The translations under genes and the position numbers were made by a program. The notes under the pieces were generated by a model. That model was not told the origin of the DNA, did no database searches, and worked only from the letters and a program-made list of their open reading frames with translations. A DNA stretch of 64,000 bases, from NCBI GenBank assembly GCA_963813535.1, contig CAWEZH010000001.1, positions 64,001 through 128,000 of the forward strand. Reading direction: 5' to 3'. This stretch comes from an uncultured Chloroflexia bacterium (GTDB taxonomy: Bacteria; Chloroflexota; Limnocylindria; Limnocylindrales; CSP1-4). Positions 50,331 through 58,793 of this stretch are shown here, piece after piece (the first letter of the stretch is position 1; every line of letters begins with the position of its first letter).

Positions 50331-51224
50331 ATGGACATCTCTCCGAGCACGTTGCTCGTCATCGCCGTCGCCACGACGACAGCCAGCTTGCTGATCGTCG
50401 TCGGGTCGGCAACCTGGAGCCGCACGGATCGCATGCGCCGCATGGCGACCGCGGATTCACTGCCGATGACGTCCCCGGTCGATTCGATGCGTGCGGGCGC
50501 GTGGTCGGGGCCGCGGTCGATGGCGTCGAGCGACGTCCGACAAGGGGCTGACGCGGGCCCGGAGCAACGGTCGTTCGATCTGACGGAGCCGGTCGATCGC
50601 GAGACCGTCGTCGGCGAACGCGGGCTACGCATCGCCGAAAACCCCGACGCCGGGGGCGCCGAGGGCATCGATGCCACGGATGCCGAGTCGCCGCCGGCTC
50701 GCAGCGCGGCGGCCGGGACTCGCGGTCGCGATGCCCTGACTGGTCTGCTGGATGCGGTCGCGTTCGAGGACGTGCTGGCCCACGAGGATGCCCGCGAGGG
50801 GCGCTACCGCCGACCCGCGACCGTCGTCATGCTCGAACTCGACGGCCTCGACCGCCTCGTCGAGCGCCTCGGGCCGGCCGCTGGTGATCGCGTCGAACCA
50901 GCCCTCGCGGATACGATCTCGCGCCTTGCTCGGCGCGCTGACTACGTCGCCCGTCTTGGCCCGGGACACTTCGCAGTCCTGATGCCCGAGACCGACGAGA
51001 TCGTGGCCATCAACTACATCGAACGGGTCCGTCGGGCGTGCGAGCTGTGGCTCGAATCGGGCGCGATCGCCATGCGCCTGGCGATCGGCTGGGCGAGCAC
51101 GAGCGGGGATGTGTCGCTGGCGGCGGTGATGCGCACCGCGGCGGACCGGATGCACATCGAGCGGCGGCGGAATGCCCGGCTCCTCGCGAGTGTCGTGGCG
51201 GGGGTCGATCCGCCTCGGTCCTGA
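50331..51224 (+). CDS. Membrane-anchored degenerate GGDEF-domain protein (paralog 2)
   Basis: N-terminal TM, RDALTGL, RRAD..ARLGPGHF; AINYIERVRRACELWLESGAIAMR is identical to paralog 1. Confidence 0.78.
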   Translation: MDISPSTLLVIAVATTTASLLIVVGSATWSRTDRMRRMATADSLPMTSPVDSMRAGAWSGPRSMASSDVRQGADAGPEQRSFDLTEPVDRETVVGERGLRIAENPDAGGAEGIDATDAESPPARSAAAGTRGRDALTGLLDAVAFEDVLAHEDAREGRYRRPATVVMLELDGLDRLVERLGPAAGDRVEPALADTISRLARRADYVARLGPGHFAVLMPETDEIVAINYIERVRRACELWLESGAIAMRLAIGWASTSGDVSLAAVMRTAADRMHIERRRNARLLASVVAGVDPPRS

Positions 51225-51227
51225 GCG

Positions 51228-52820
51228 TCAGTCGACGCCGCGACGGATCGCGCGACCCGGTGTCGCACCGGTGTGCTCGCCGTCGCGAACGACCGGGATT
51301 CCATTCACGATGACGTGGTCGATACCGGTCGGGAACCGGCGCGGCTCGTCGTAGGTGGCGTTGCTGCGTACGGTGGCTGGGTCGAACACGACGAGATCGG
51401 CGATGTTGCCCTCGCGGATGGTGCCGCGCTGACGGAAGCCCAGACGCGCGGCCGCGGCGCCGGTCATCTTGTGGACCGCCTGCTCCATGGAGAGCAGTCG
51501 GTCATCACGCACGAACTGGCCGAGGATGCGGGGGTAGGAACCGTATGTCCGCGGGCTTGGCTTGGCCCCGATGAACGTCGAGTCGGTGCCGACCATCCCG
51601 ACGGGGTGCTTCACGAACTCGGGGAGTGATTCGCTCCACGGACCGCTCGTCACCTGGTTGACGCCGAGATCCTCGGCGAGGAGCAAGTCACAGATCGCGT
51701 CGACCGGGTCCTGCCCCGTCTCCGCCATCACGTCGGCGAGCGTGCAAGCCTCCCAGCGCATGAGGTCCGATCTGGTGAAGTTGCCGAGTCGGAGGTCCGA
51801 CCAACCGGCCGCGCTGGTGTACGCCGGACCCATCTCGATCCTCAGACGCTCGCGCGTCGCCCGGTCCGCGAGGCGTTCCTTCAAGGCGACCGGTCCACCG
51901 GCCTGGACCCATTGCGGGAGCTGGATGAGCAGCCGGGTGCTCGCCCACTCGTAGGGATACGTGTCGAACGTGACGTCGAGACCCTCGGCGCGGGCATCAT
52001 CGACGAGGGCGAGCATCCGGTCGGGGCCGCCGGGGTGCGTCTGGCGGTGATAGAAGTGGGTGATGTGGGCGGGAGCGCCTGACCGGCGCCCGATCTCGAT
52101 CGCTTCCCTGAACGGATCGAGGTACCGGTCGCCCAGCGTGTAGCGGACGTGGCTGTGATAGAAGCCGCCCGACTGGCCGGCAGTGGCCGCCAGCGCGGCA
52201 AGCTCCTCGGTCGGCGCGAAGCTGCCGGGCGGATAGTCGAGGCCCGAGCTCAGGCCGACGGCGCCATCGGCCATCGCGTCACGGAGCGTGCCCGCCATCC
52301 GGTCCAGCGCGGCCGCGTCGGCCGGAACGTCGTCCCACCCGAGGGCGTCGATGCGCAGCTGGCTGTTCCCGACCAGCGTCCCGACGTTGACGCTGACAGT
52401 GCCGTCGTACTTCGCCAGGTAATCGGCGACCGTCCGCCAGTCATAAGCGATGTCCGGTCGGCCATCGAGCCCGGAGTCGAGGTGGACGAAGGCCTCGAGG
52501 TCCTCGCGGCGGCGGAACGGCGCGAAGCCATTGCCATCGACGCCGACGATCTCCGTCGTGACGCCCTGGCGGACCTTGGGTTCGTGGAGCGGTTCGGCCA
52601 GGATGACCAGACCGCCATGGCTGTGGAGATCGATAAAACCGGGGGCGACGACGCGGCCGGTCGCGTCGATGGTGGTCCGCGCGTTTGCAGGTGGCTCTGC
52701 GTCGGGGTCGAGGCGCCGGATGCGATCGCCCTCGACGATGACGGTTCCTGGCCGCCCGGGCGCACCGGTCCCGTCGACGATGGTGCCGCCCGTGATCAGG
52801 AGCTCGACGCTGTCGATCAC
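51228..52820 (-). CDS. N-acyl-D-amino-acid deacylase family amidohydrolase
   Basis: APGFIDLHSH, QGVTTE, GLSSGLDYPPG, DTYPY, PRTYGSYPRILG, ADLVVFDP. Confidence 0.88.
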   Translation of the reverse strand: MIDSVELLITGGTIVDGTGAPGRPGTVIVEGDRIRRLDPDAEPPANARTTIDATGRVVAPGFIDLHSHGGLVILAEPLHEPKVRQGVTTEIVGVDGNGFAPFRRREDLEAFVHLDSGLDGRPDIAYDWRTVADYLAKYDGTVSVNVGTLVGNSQLRIDALGWDDVPADAAALDRMAGTLRDAMADGAVGLSSGLDYPPGSFAPTEELAALAATAGQSGGFYHSHVRYTLGDRYLDPFREAIEIGRRSGAPAHITHFYHRQTHPGGPDRMLALVDDARAEGLDVTFDTYPYEWASTRLLIQLPQWVQAGGPVALKERLADRATRERLRIEMGPAYTSAAGWSDLRLGNFTRSDLMRWEACTLADVMAETGQDPVDAICDLLLAEDLGVNQVTSGPWSESLPEFVKHPVGMVGTDSTFIGAKPSPRTYGSYPRILGQFVRDDRLLSMEQAVHKMTGAAAARLGFRQRGTIREGNIADLVVFDPATVRSNATYDEPRRFPTGIDHVIVNGIPVVRDGEHTGATPGRAIRRGVD

Positions 52821-54175
52821 GCGGTGACCTTACCGGGTGAGAGCAGGCCCTCCAGTCGACGGCCGCGGACCCATGCCGCCCGGACCATGTCGGGATGCGC
52901 CCGGAAGATCATGCGGCTCGCCAGGTCCTCGGGGTCGTCGTCGACCACGCCCGGGATCGGCGCGATCATCGACGGATCGACCGCGATCACGTCCGCTTCC
53001 TTGCCCGTCTCGAGCGAGCCGATCGTGTCACCGAGCCCGAGCGCCTCGGCGCCGCCGAGCGACCCCAGCCGCAGCCAGTCGAGGGGCTTCAGCACATGCC
53101 CCTGTTCGAGGCCGGCCACGCGTCGCGCGTTCTGCGCATACGAGCCGACCCGCATCACGCTGAAGATCGAGAGGTCGGGCCCGCCCGCGACGTCCGACCC
53201 GAGGCCGAGCCGCAGCCCCGCCTCGACATAGCGGCCGAGGGGCATCACGCCGGATGCCAGGAACAGGTTCGAGATCGGACAGTGCGCCACCCGGGTCCCG
53301 CTCTCGACGAGCCGGCCGAGCTCGCGGTCCGATAGATGGACCGCATGCGCGAGCACGGTCCGCTCGCCGAGCCCGCCGGCGCGGTCGTAGACGTCGACGT
53401 AGTCGAGCGCTTCCGGGAACAGCCGTTCGACCTCCGCGATCTCACCGTGATCCTCGGACACATGCGTCTGCCAGTACGAACCGGTCGAGGCGGCGAGGGC
53501 CGCCGATTCGCGCAGCAGGTCGGCCGTGCACGAGATCGCAAACCGCGGGGTGACGGCGTATCGGAGTCGACCATCGTCGGCCCCATGCCACCGGTCGATC
53601 AGGCGAGCACTCTCGGCGAGCGACCGGTCGAGGATGGTCGAGGGGTCGATCGTCGGGTCGTAGGTGATGCGATCCATCATCACCTTGCCGACGATCGCAC
53701 GGATCCCGTGCGCCTCGGCCGCCCGGAACGTGGCATCGAGGCTGGCCTCGTACACGGCACCGTACACCAGCGCGGTGGTGGTCCCGGCGGCGGCGAAGGC
53801 GCGCCAGGCGGCCGGCGCGACGCGCTCGGCGGTCTCGACGTCGAACCCGCGCTCCAACGGGAAGATGTAGCGCTCGAGCCACGCCAGCAGGTCCATCCCG
53901 GCACCGAGCCCCGCGTTCGGGAGCTGGGGCAGATGGGCGTGGAGGTCGACCATGCCCGGCATCAGCACCCAGGGCCGCAGGTCGATCGCGTCCGCAACCG
54001 CGTCCTGTCGACCCGACGTCGCCCCGGCCGAGACGATCCGGCCGCCTCCGTCGACCTCCACGAGCGCATCGGGTTCGTGACGCATGCCACCGTCCCCGAG
54101 CGGTGTCAGCAGACGACCGCGCAGGACGAACGGGGGCGTGGTCGGCAGTTCCACGCGCGACAGGCTACCGGACAT
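52817..54175 (-). CDS. guaD: Guanine deaminase
   Basis: PGMVDLHAHLPQ, LLAWL..YIFP.E, VTPRFAISC, QTHVSE, AHAVHL, HCPISNLFL.SG, LGSDVAGG. Confidence 0.9.
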   Translation of the reverse strand: MSGSLSRVELPTTPPFVLRGRLLTPLGDGGMRHEPDALVEVDGGGRIVSAGATSGRQDAVADAIDLRPWVLMPGMVDLHAHLPQLPNAGLGAGMDLLAWLERYIFPLERGFDVETAERVAPAAWRAFAAAGTTTALVYGAVYEASLDATFRAAEAHGIRAIVGKVMMDRITYDPTIDPSTILDRSLAESARLIDRWHGADDGRLRYAVTPRFAISCTADLLRESAALAASTGSYWQTHVSEDHGEIAEVERLFPEALDYVDVYDRAGGLGERTVLAHAVHLSDRELGRLVESGTRVAHCPISNLFLASGVMPLGRYVEAGLRLGLGSDVAGGPDLSIFSVMRVGSYAQNARRVAGLEQGHVLKPLDWLRLGSLGGAEALGLGDTIGSLETGKEADVIAVDPSMIAPIPGVVDDDPEDLASRMIFRAHPDMVRAAWVRGRRLEGLLSPGKVTA

Positions 54176-54180
54176 GAAAC

Positions 54181-54345
54181 GACCCGGATCGTCCGATCCG
54201 GGTCAGGATCCCTGCGGCGGGTCCCCTCAGGCGTTCGCGCGCGGCGTGCCGGCCAAGGCGCCGGCGAGCAGCCGAGCGAGCGCACGTCAGTGTGCGTGAG
54301 CGAGGCGGCGGAGCCGGCAACGCCGGCCCGCGCGTCGCCCCGGAC
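54181..54345. repeat. Structured intergenic element: perfect hairpin plus a REP/MITE-like nested palindrome
   Basis: GACCCGGATCG-tc-CGATCCGGGTC at 54181-54204; GCCGGC...GAGCGAGCGCAC-gtca-GTGTGCGTGAGCGAG...GCCGGC at about 54245-54330. Confidence 0.5.
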
Positions 54346-54349
54346 GCCG

Positions 54350-54538
54350 CTATCGCTTTTTGCCGCGGACTTCGATGAGGTGGGCCGTCCACTCCGACCC
54401 GCCGCGGTCGATGGTCGCCGAGCTGCCATGCCAGCCGCACGTGCAGGTGATGGTCTGAGCCTGGTGCTTGTACTCGTCGATCACGTGCTTGAACGGCTCA
54501 TTCGCGACGGCGGGCTTGACGGGGGGACGGCTATTCAA
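54350..54538 (-). CDS. Small hypothetical protein with a possible Zn-binding motif
   Basis: KHVID...ITCTCGW...WTAHL; GAGG upstream and a TAGAAT -10-like hexamer. Confidence 0.6.
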   Translation of the reverse strand: MNSRPPVKPAVANEPFKHVIDEYKHQAQTITCTCGWHGSSATIDRGGSEWTAHLIEVRGKKR

Positions 54539-54630
54539 TGGGGACCTCTGTGCGTGGACGGACTCGGGTCCGCGGGTCGACGGGGGTCCCCCATTCTAGC
54601 CAATTCGGCCATCCCCCGCTGGGACCCGAG

Positions 54631-56163
54631 TCAGTCGGGTCCGAGGTGATACCCGAGGCGACGGGGTAGTCGACTGATCTCGCGCAGCACGCGACCAGGG
54701 TCCTCGCCACGCTCTTCCATCGATTCTCGACGGGCTGCGGCCTCCCTGATCAAGCGAGCACCGACGAACCGAGCGGGCTCCGGCGGGAACGCCCGAGGCG
54801 GCCGACCGTTAGCGAGCGGCAGCGCGAGCGCCGGGTCCCCGGCAGCCTCCACGGCCCGCGCCGCGAGGATCCGACCGCCGACCACGGACGGTCCGACGCC
54901 GTTGCCGCTATATCCCTGGCCGTAATGGATGGGCCGGTCTCGGACCGAGCCGAACCACGGCAGATGATCCGCCGTGATGTCGATCGGACCGCCCCATGCG
55001 TCCTCGATGCGGACGTCGGCGAGTGACGGGAAGAGCCGCCGCAAGCCGGCGGCCGCGCGGCGGGCGTCACCGAGATCGTCGGTGTAGACCGGTCCGATGC
55101 GACCGCCGAACCCGGCACGCCCGCCACCACCGCCGAGGGCGATCCGGCCGTCCGGGGTCGTCCGCAGGTAGTGGAGGGTGAAGCGCCCATCGGCGACGCC
55201 CTCGCCACCGGTCCAGCCGAGGTCGGCCAGGCGACCGGGGATCGGCTCGGTCAGGACGATGTACGACGACCACGTCACGAGCCGACGACCGAACCACGGC
55301 CACGCCGCAGCCCACGCATTCAGCGCGAGGATCGCCGACCCGGCGAGGACCTCGCCGTCACCCGTCGCCGATCGCGTGCGGATGCGCACCGGTCGCACGC
55401 CGATCCCGTTGCCTCGCCGCGCGGGCGCCCGGCGGGTGCGGGCACCGACCGCTCCGAGGGGCATAGGACGCTGACCCTCGACCTCGACCGCCTCCGTGCC
55501 TTCGAAGATCGTGACGCCGCGTTCCAGCAGGACGCGCCGGAGACCGCGCGCCAGCGTCGCCGGTTGCACGGTCGCCGCGCCGGGCATGAACGCGCCCTCG
55601 CGGAACACCGGGGAACGCACCCGCGCCGCGACCTCCGCCGTGGACATCGGCACGAGCCGATCTCCCAGCCCGTGGCCGCGGAGGGCTTCCATGGCCTCGT
55701 CCCACGATCCATCCTGGGCCGGCGCCGCACTGGCGGACAGCGACCCCGCCTTCGTGTACCAGGCGTCGATGTCATGCTCGGAGCAGAACGTGCCGACCGC
55801 ATCGACGGCCGCCTCCATGGCATCGCCCATCGCCCGTGCACCGACCGGTCCGTAGCGCTCGAGCAGCGTCGGGAACTCGTCCCACCAATTCGTGACGAAC
55901 CCGCCGTTCCGACCCGACGGGCCACTGCCGCAGATGTCGCTCTCGATCAGTACGACCCGGGCGCCCGGCTCCAGCTCGGTCACGCGCAGGGCGGCCCACA
56001 TCCCGGTGTAGCCGCCACCGACGACGGCTACGTCCGCCGTGGTCGTGCCGCGCAACGGTGGCGTGGCCGTGGCCAGGTGCGGCGCGGTCGCAGCTTCCGC
56101 GGCGAGGGCCTCGCGGAGCCACCACGACCGCCGGGCGCCGCTCGGCCGAACACCACCGAGCAT
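54631..56163 (-). CDS. FAD-dependent oxidoreductase (DadA/PuuB family)
   Basis: VVGGGYTG.W, GPSGRNGG, VQPA.L..GL, WGGPID, GYSGNGVGP. Confidence 0.88.
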   Translation of the reverse strand: MLGGVRPSGARRSWWLREALAAEAATAPHLATATPPLRGTTTADVAVVGGGYTGMWAALRVTELEPGARVVLIESDICGSGPSGRNGGFVTNWWDEFPTLLERYGPVGARAMGDAMEAAVDAVGTFCSEHDIDAWYTKAGSLSASAAPAQDGSWDEAMEALRGHGLGDRLVPMSTAEVAARVRSPVFREGAFMPGAATVQPATLARGLRRVLLERGVTIFEGTEAVEVEGQRPMPLGAVGARTRRAPARRGNGIGVRPVRIRTRSATGDGEVLAGSAILALNAWAAAWPWFGRRLVTWSSYIVLTEPIPGRLADLGWTGGEGVADGRFTLHYLRTTPDGRIALGGGGGRAGFGGRIGPVYTDDLGDARRAAAGLRRLFPSLADVRIEDAWGGPIDITADHLPWFGSVRDRPIHYGQGYSGNGVGPSVVGGRILAARAVEAAGDPALALPLANGRPPRAFPPEPARFVGARLIREAAARRESMEERGEDPGRVLREISRLPRRLGYHLGPD

Positions 56164-56169
56164 CCGTCG

Positions 56170-57246
56170 TCAGCCGGTCTGTGGGAGCAGGCTCGGGTCG
56201 ATCAGGTCGTCGACGGTGACCGGATTCGGCACGAGCCCGAGCTCGGTCATGTACGCCATCGATGCCTCCCAGTCGCTTGCCTCGATCGCACCGAGACCGC
56301 CCTGTTCCTGGACCGGTCCCCGCCACACCTCGATCGTCGCGTCGAGGATGGCGGCCTGCGTCTCGCGCGTCGAGGCGAGCTCGGGGACGGCCGTGATCGC
56401 CGCGTCGACCCCGACATCCGGGTCCTGGCTGATCTCCTCCATGGCCCGCAGCGTGGCGGCAACGAAGGCTGCGATGGCATCGCCCTTGGCCTCCAGCGCG
56501 GCCTGCCCGACGATCAGCCCGTTGCCAGGCAGCGGCGTGATCTCATCGACGCGGAGGACGTTCACGGCCTCGCCCGTCAGCTCCAACTGGACCGGCTCGT
56601 TGTTGGCGAACCCCGTCGCTGCGTTGACCGCTCCCTGGGCCACGGCCGCTCCCTGCCCGAAGTCGGGGTATTCGACGATCTCGAGGTCATCGGGCGTGAG
56701 CCCGGCCGACTTCAGTAGCGCCTGGAGCATGATCCACGACGATCCGAAGCGACCGGGGATGCCCAGCTTCTTGCCCTCGAGGTCCTTGGCGTCATCGATG
56801 CCGGACGACGCCTTCGCGAACACGACCGACGGGAAGCGACCGTAGATCGTCGCGACGTACTTGATCGGGATCCCGTTGCTGACCGCCGGGATGACACTGG
56901 TCCCGTCGGCCAGTCCGAGGTCGATGGATCCCTGGCCGACCAGGGTCACGAGGTCGGGATCGATCTTGTTCTGGAACGTGACGTCCAGGCCCGCCTCCTC
57001 GTAGTAGCCGGCCTGATCGGCCAGGTAGAACTGGGCGAACTGGACGCTCGGGATGAAGCCCAGTCCGACGGTCAGCGCGACCGGCTCCTGGCTCGGCTCC
57101 GGTTCCGAGCTCGGTCCACCGCTCGGCGATCCGGACGGAGCCGCGGTCGGGACACCGCTCGACGACGGACCGCCGGACCCCGCGCCGCACGCCGCGACGA
57201 GGAGGCTCGAGAGGGCCAGGAGGGAGATGAGCAGACGACGGGACAC
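56170..57246 (-). CDS. NMT1/THI5-type ABC substrate-binding lipoprotein (RibY-like)
   Basis: VAAC lipobox; LGFIPSVQFAQFYLA...GYY...GLDV, GIPG.FGSS, GFANNEP. Confidence 0.85.
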   Translation of the reverse strand: MSRRLLISLLALSSLLVAACGAGSGGPSSSGVPTAAPSGSPSGGPSSEPEPSQEPVALTVGLGFIPSVQFAQFYLADQAGYYEEAGLDVTFQNKIDPDLVTLVGQGSIDLGLADGTSVIPAVSNGIPIKYVATIYGRFPSVVFAKASSGIDDAKDLEGKKLGIPGRFGSSWIMLQALLKSAGLTPDDLEIVEYPDFGQGAAVAQGAVNAATGFANNEPVQLELTGEAVNVLRVDEITPLPGNGLIVGQAALEAKGDAIAAFVAATLRAMEEISQDPDVGVDAAITAVPELASTRETQAAILDATIEVWRGPVQEQGGLGAIEASDWEASMAYMTELGLVPNPVTVDDLIDPSLLPQTG

Positions 57247-57267
57247 GGGACCTCCAGGGCTGGCAGG

Positions 57268-58017
57268 TTAGCGGGCGCCGACGACTCGGCGCTCGATGAG
57301 CACGACGACGAGGTAGAGGACGATCCCGACCAGCGCGATCGTCAAAAGCGTGGCGAACATCAGCGGGATGTCGAAGAGCGAGCCGCGGGCGAGGTTGATG
57401 AGGACGCCGAGGCCCTTCTCCGCTCCGGCCCACTCGCCGACGATCGCCCCGACGACGGCCAGCGTCACGCCGACGCGCATGCCGCCGAGGATGCTCGGCA
57501 ATGCGGCCGGGATCTCGAGCGTGGTCAGCACCTGGCGCCGGGTGGCACGCAGCGAGCGACCGAGCTCGAGCAGCCGGGCATCGACGGAGTTGATGCCGAC
57601 CATCGTGGCCACCGCGACCGGGAAGAACACGATCAACGCACAGATGACGACCTTGCCGACCAGCCCGGGCCCGAACCACAGGGCGATGAGCGGGGCGAGC
57701 GCAAGGATCGGCGTCGCCTGGGCGGCGACGAGGTACGGGGACAGCACCCGCTCGACGAGGGCGCTGCGAGCGAGCGCATAGCCCACGATGAGCGCCGATC
57801 CGGCCCCGACGAGGAAGCCGAGCGCGACCTCGCCGAGGGTCGCGACCAGGTGCGGCTGGATGGTCCCGGCCGACCACGCTGAGACCCATCGGCTCGCGAC
57901 CGAGCCCGGCGGCGGCAGGATGAACGGGGGAAAGCCGCTGACGATCACGACCAGCTGCCACACGACGACGAACCCGATGAGGGCCGCCAGGACGGATCCC
58001 ACGGCGGTCCGGCTCAT
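57268..58017 (-). CDS. ABC permease (SsuC/TauC-type)
   Basis: ILPPP, QATPILALAPL..LWFG, IVFFP, VVGAIVGEW.GA..GLG. Confidence 0.9.
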   Translation of the reverse strand: MSRTAVGSVLAALIGFVVVWQLVVIVSGFPPFILPPPGSVASRWVSAWSAGTIQPHLVATLGEVALGFLVGAGSALIVGYALARSALVERVLSPYLVAAQATPILALAPLIALWFGPGLVGKVVICALIVFFPVAVATMVGINSVDARLLELGRSLRATRRQVLTTLEIPAALPSILGGMRVGVTLAVVGAIVGEWAGAEKGLGVLINLARGSLFDIPLMFATLLTIALVGIVLYLVVVLIERRVVGAR

Positions 58018-58793
58018 GCGGCCGCCTCCTCGCCAAGGTGCCGCCGGATCTCCCGCGCCGTGCTCGTCACCACGGCGGCGTCGAGATCGGCGATCGAGCG
58101 GGGCCGGGGCAGCTCCACGGGAAGCTCGGCCACGACTCGACCCGGTCGGGGCGACAGGACGACCACCCGATCGGCCACGAGGATCGCCTCGGCGATGCTG
58201 TGGGTCACGAGAACGATCGTCGGAGCGGCACGCTCCCAGAGCTTGAGCAGTTCGAGATCGAAACGTTCGCGGCTTAGGGCGTCGAGGGCGCTGAAGGGCT
58301 CGTCCAGCAACAGCACGCCAGGCTCGAGCGCGAGCGCCCGGGCGATCGCGACACGCTGCGCCTGGCCGCCCGACAGCTCGGCCGGTCGATTGCCAAGGAC
58401 CGTTGGATCGAGGCCGACGAGGTCCGTGAGCGCCGCGAGTCGCTCGCGCCGCTGGTCGGCTGGCCAACCGGCGAGATCGAGCGGGTAGGTCATGTTGTCG
58501 GCGGCCGACCGCCACGGCAGGAGACGCGGCTCCTGGAACACCAGCCCGATGCGCGGGTCCGGCCGCCTGATCGGGTCGTCGTCGAGCGTCACGGTCCCGC
58601 GCTCCGGTACCAGCAGCCCGGCCATGACGCGCAGCAGCGTCGACTTGCCCGACCCGTTCGGCCCGATGAGCGCGACGATCCCGCCGCCCGCGACCGCGAG
58701 GTCGAGGTCGTCGAGCACGGGCAGTCGCCCGCCACCGCGCATCGGGAATGAGAGCTCGACATGCTCGACCCTGATCGCGCCACGGCCGCTCAT
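58014..58793 (-). CDS. ABC ATP-binding protein (SsuB/TauB-type)
   Basis: GPNGSGKST, FQEPRLLPW, LSGGQAQR, LLLDEPFSALD, VTH. Confidence 0.95.
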   Translation of the reverse strand: MSGRGAIRVEHVELSFPMRGGGRLPVLDDLDLAVAGGGIVALIGPNGSGKSTLLRVMAGLLVPERGTVTLDDDPIRRPDPRIGLVFQEPRLLPWRSAADNMTYPLDLAGWPADQRRERLAALTDLVGLDPTVLGNRPAELSGGQAQRVAIARALALEPGVLLLDEPFSALDALSRERFDLELLKLWERAAPTIVLVTHSIAEAILVADRVVVLSPRPGRVVAELPVELPRPRSIADLDAAVVTSTAREIRRHLGEEAAA

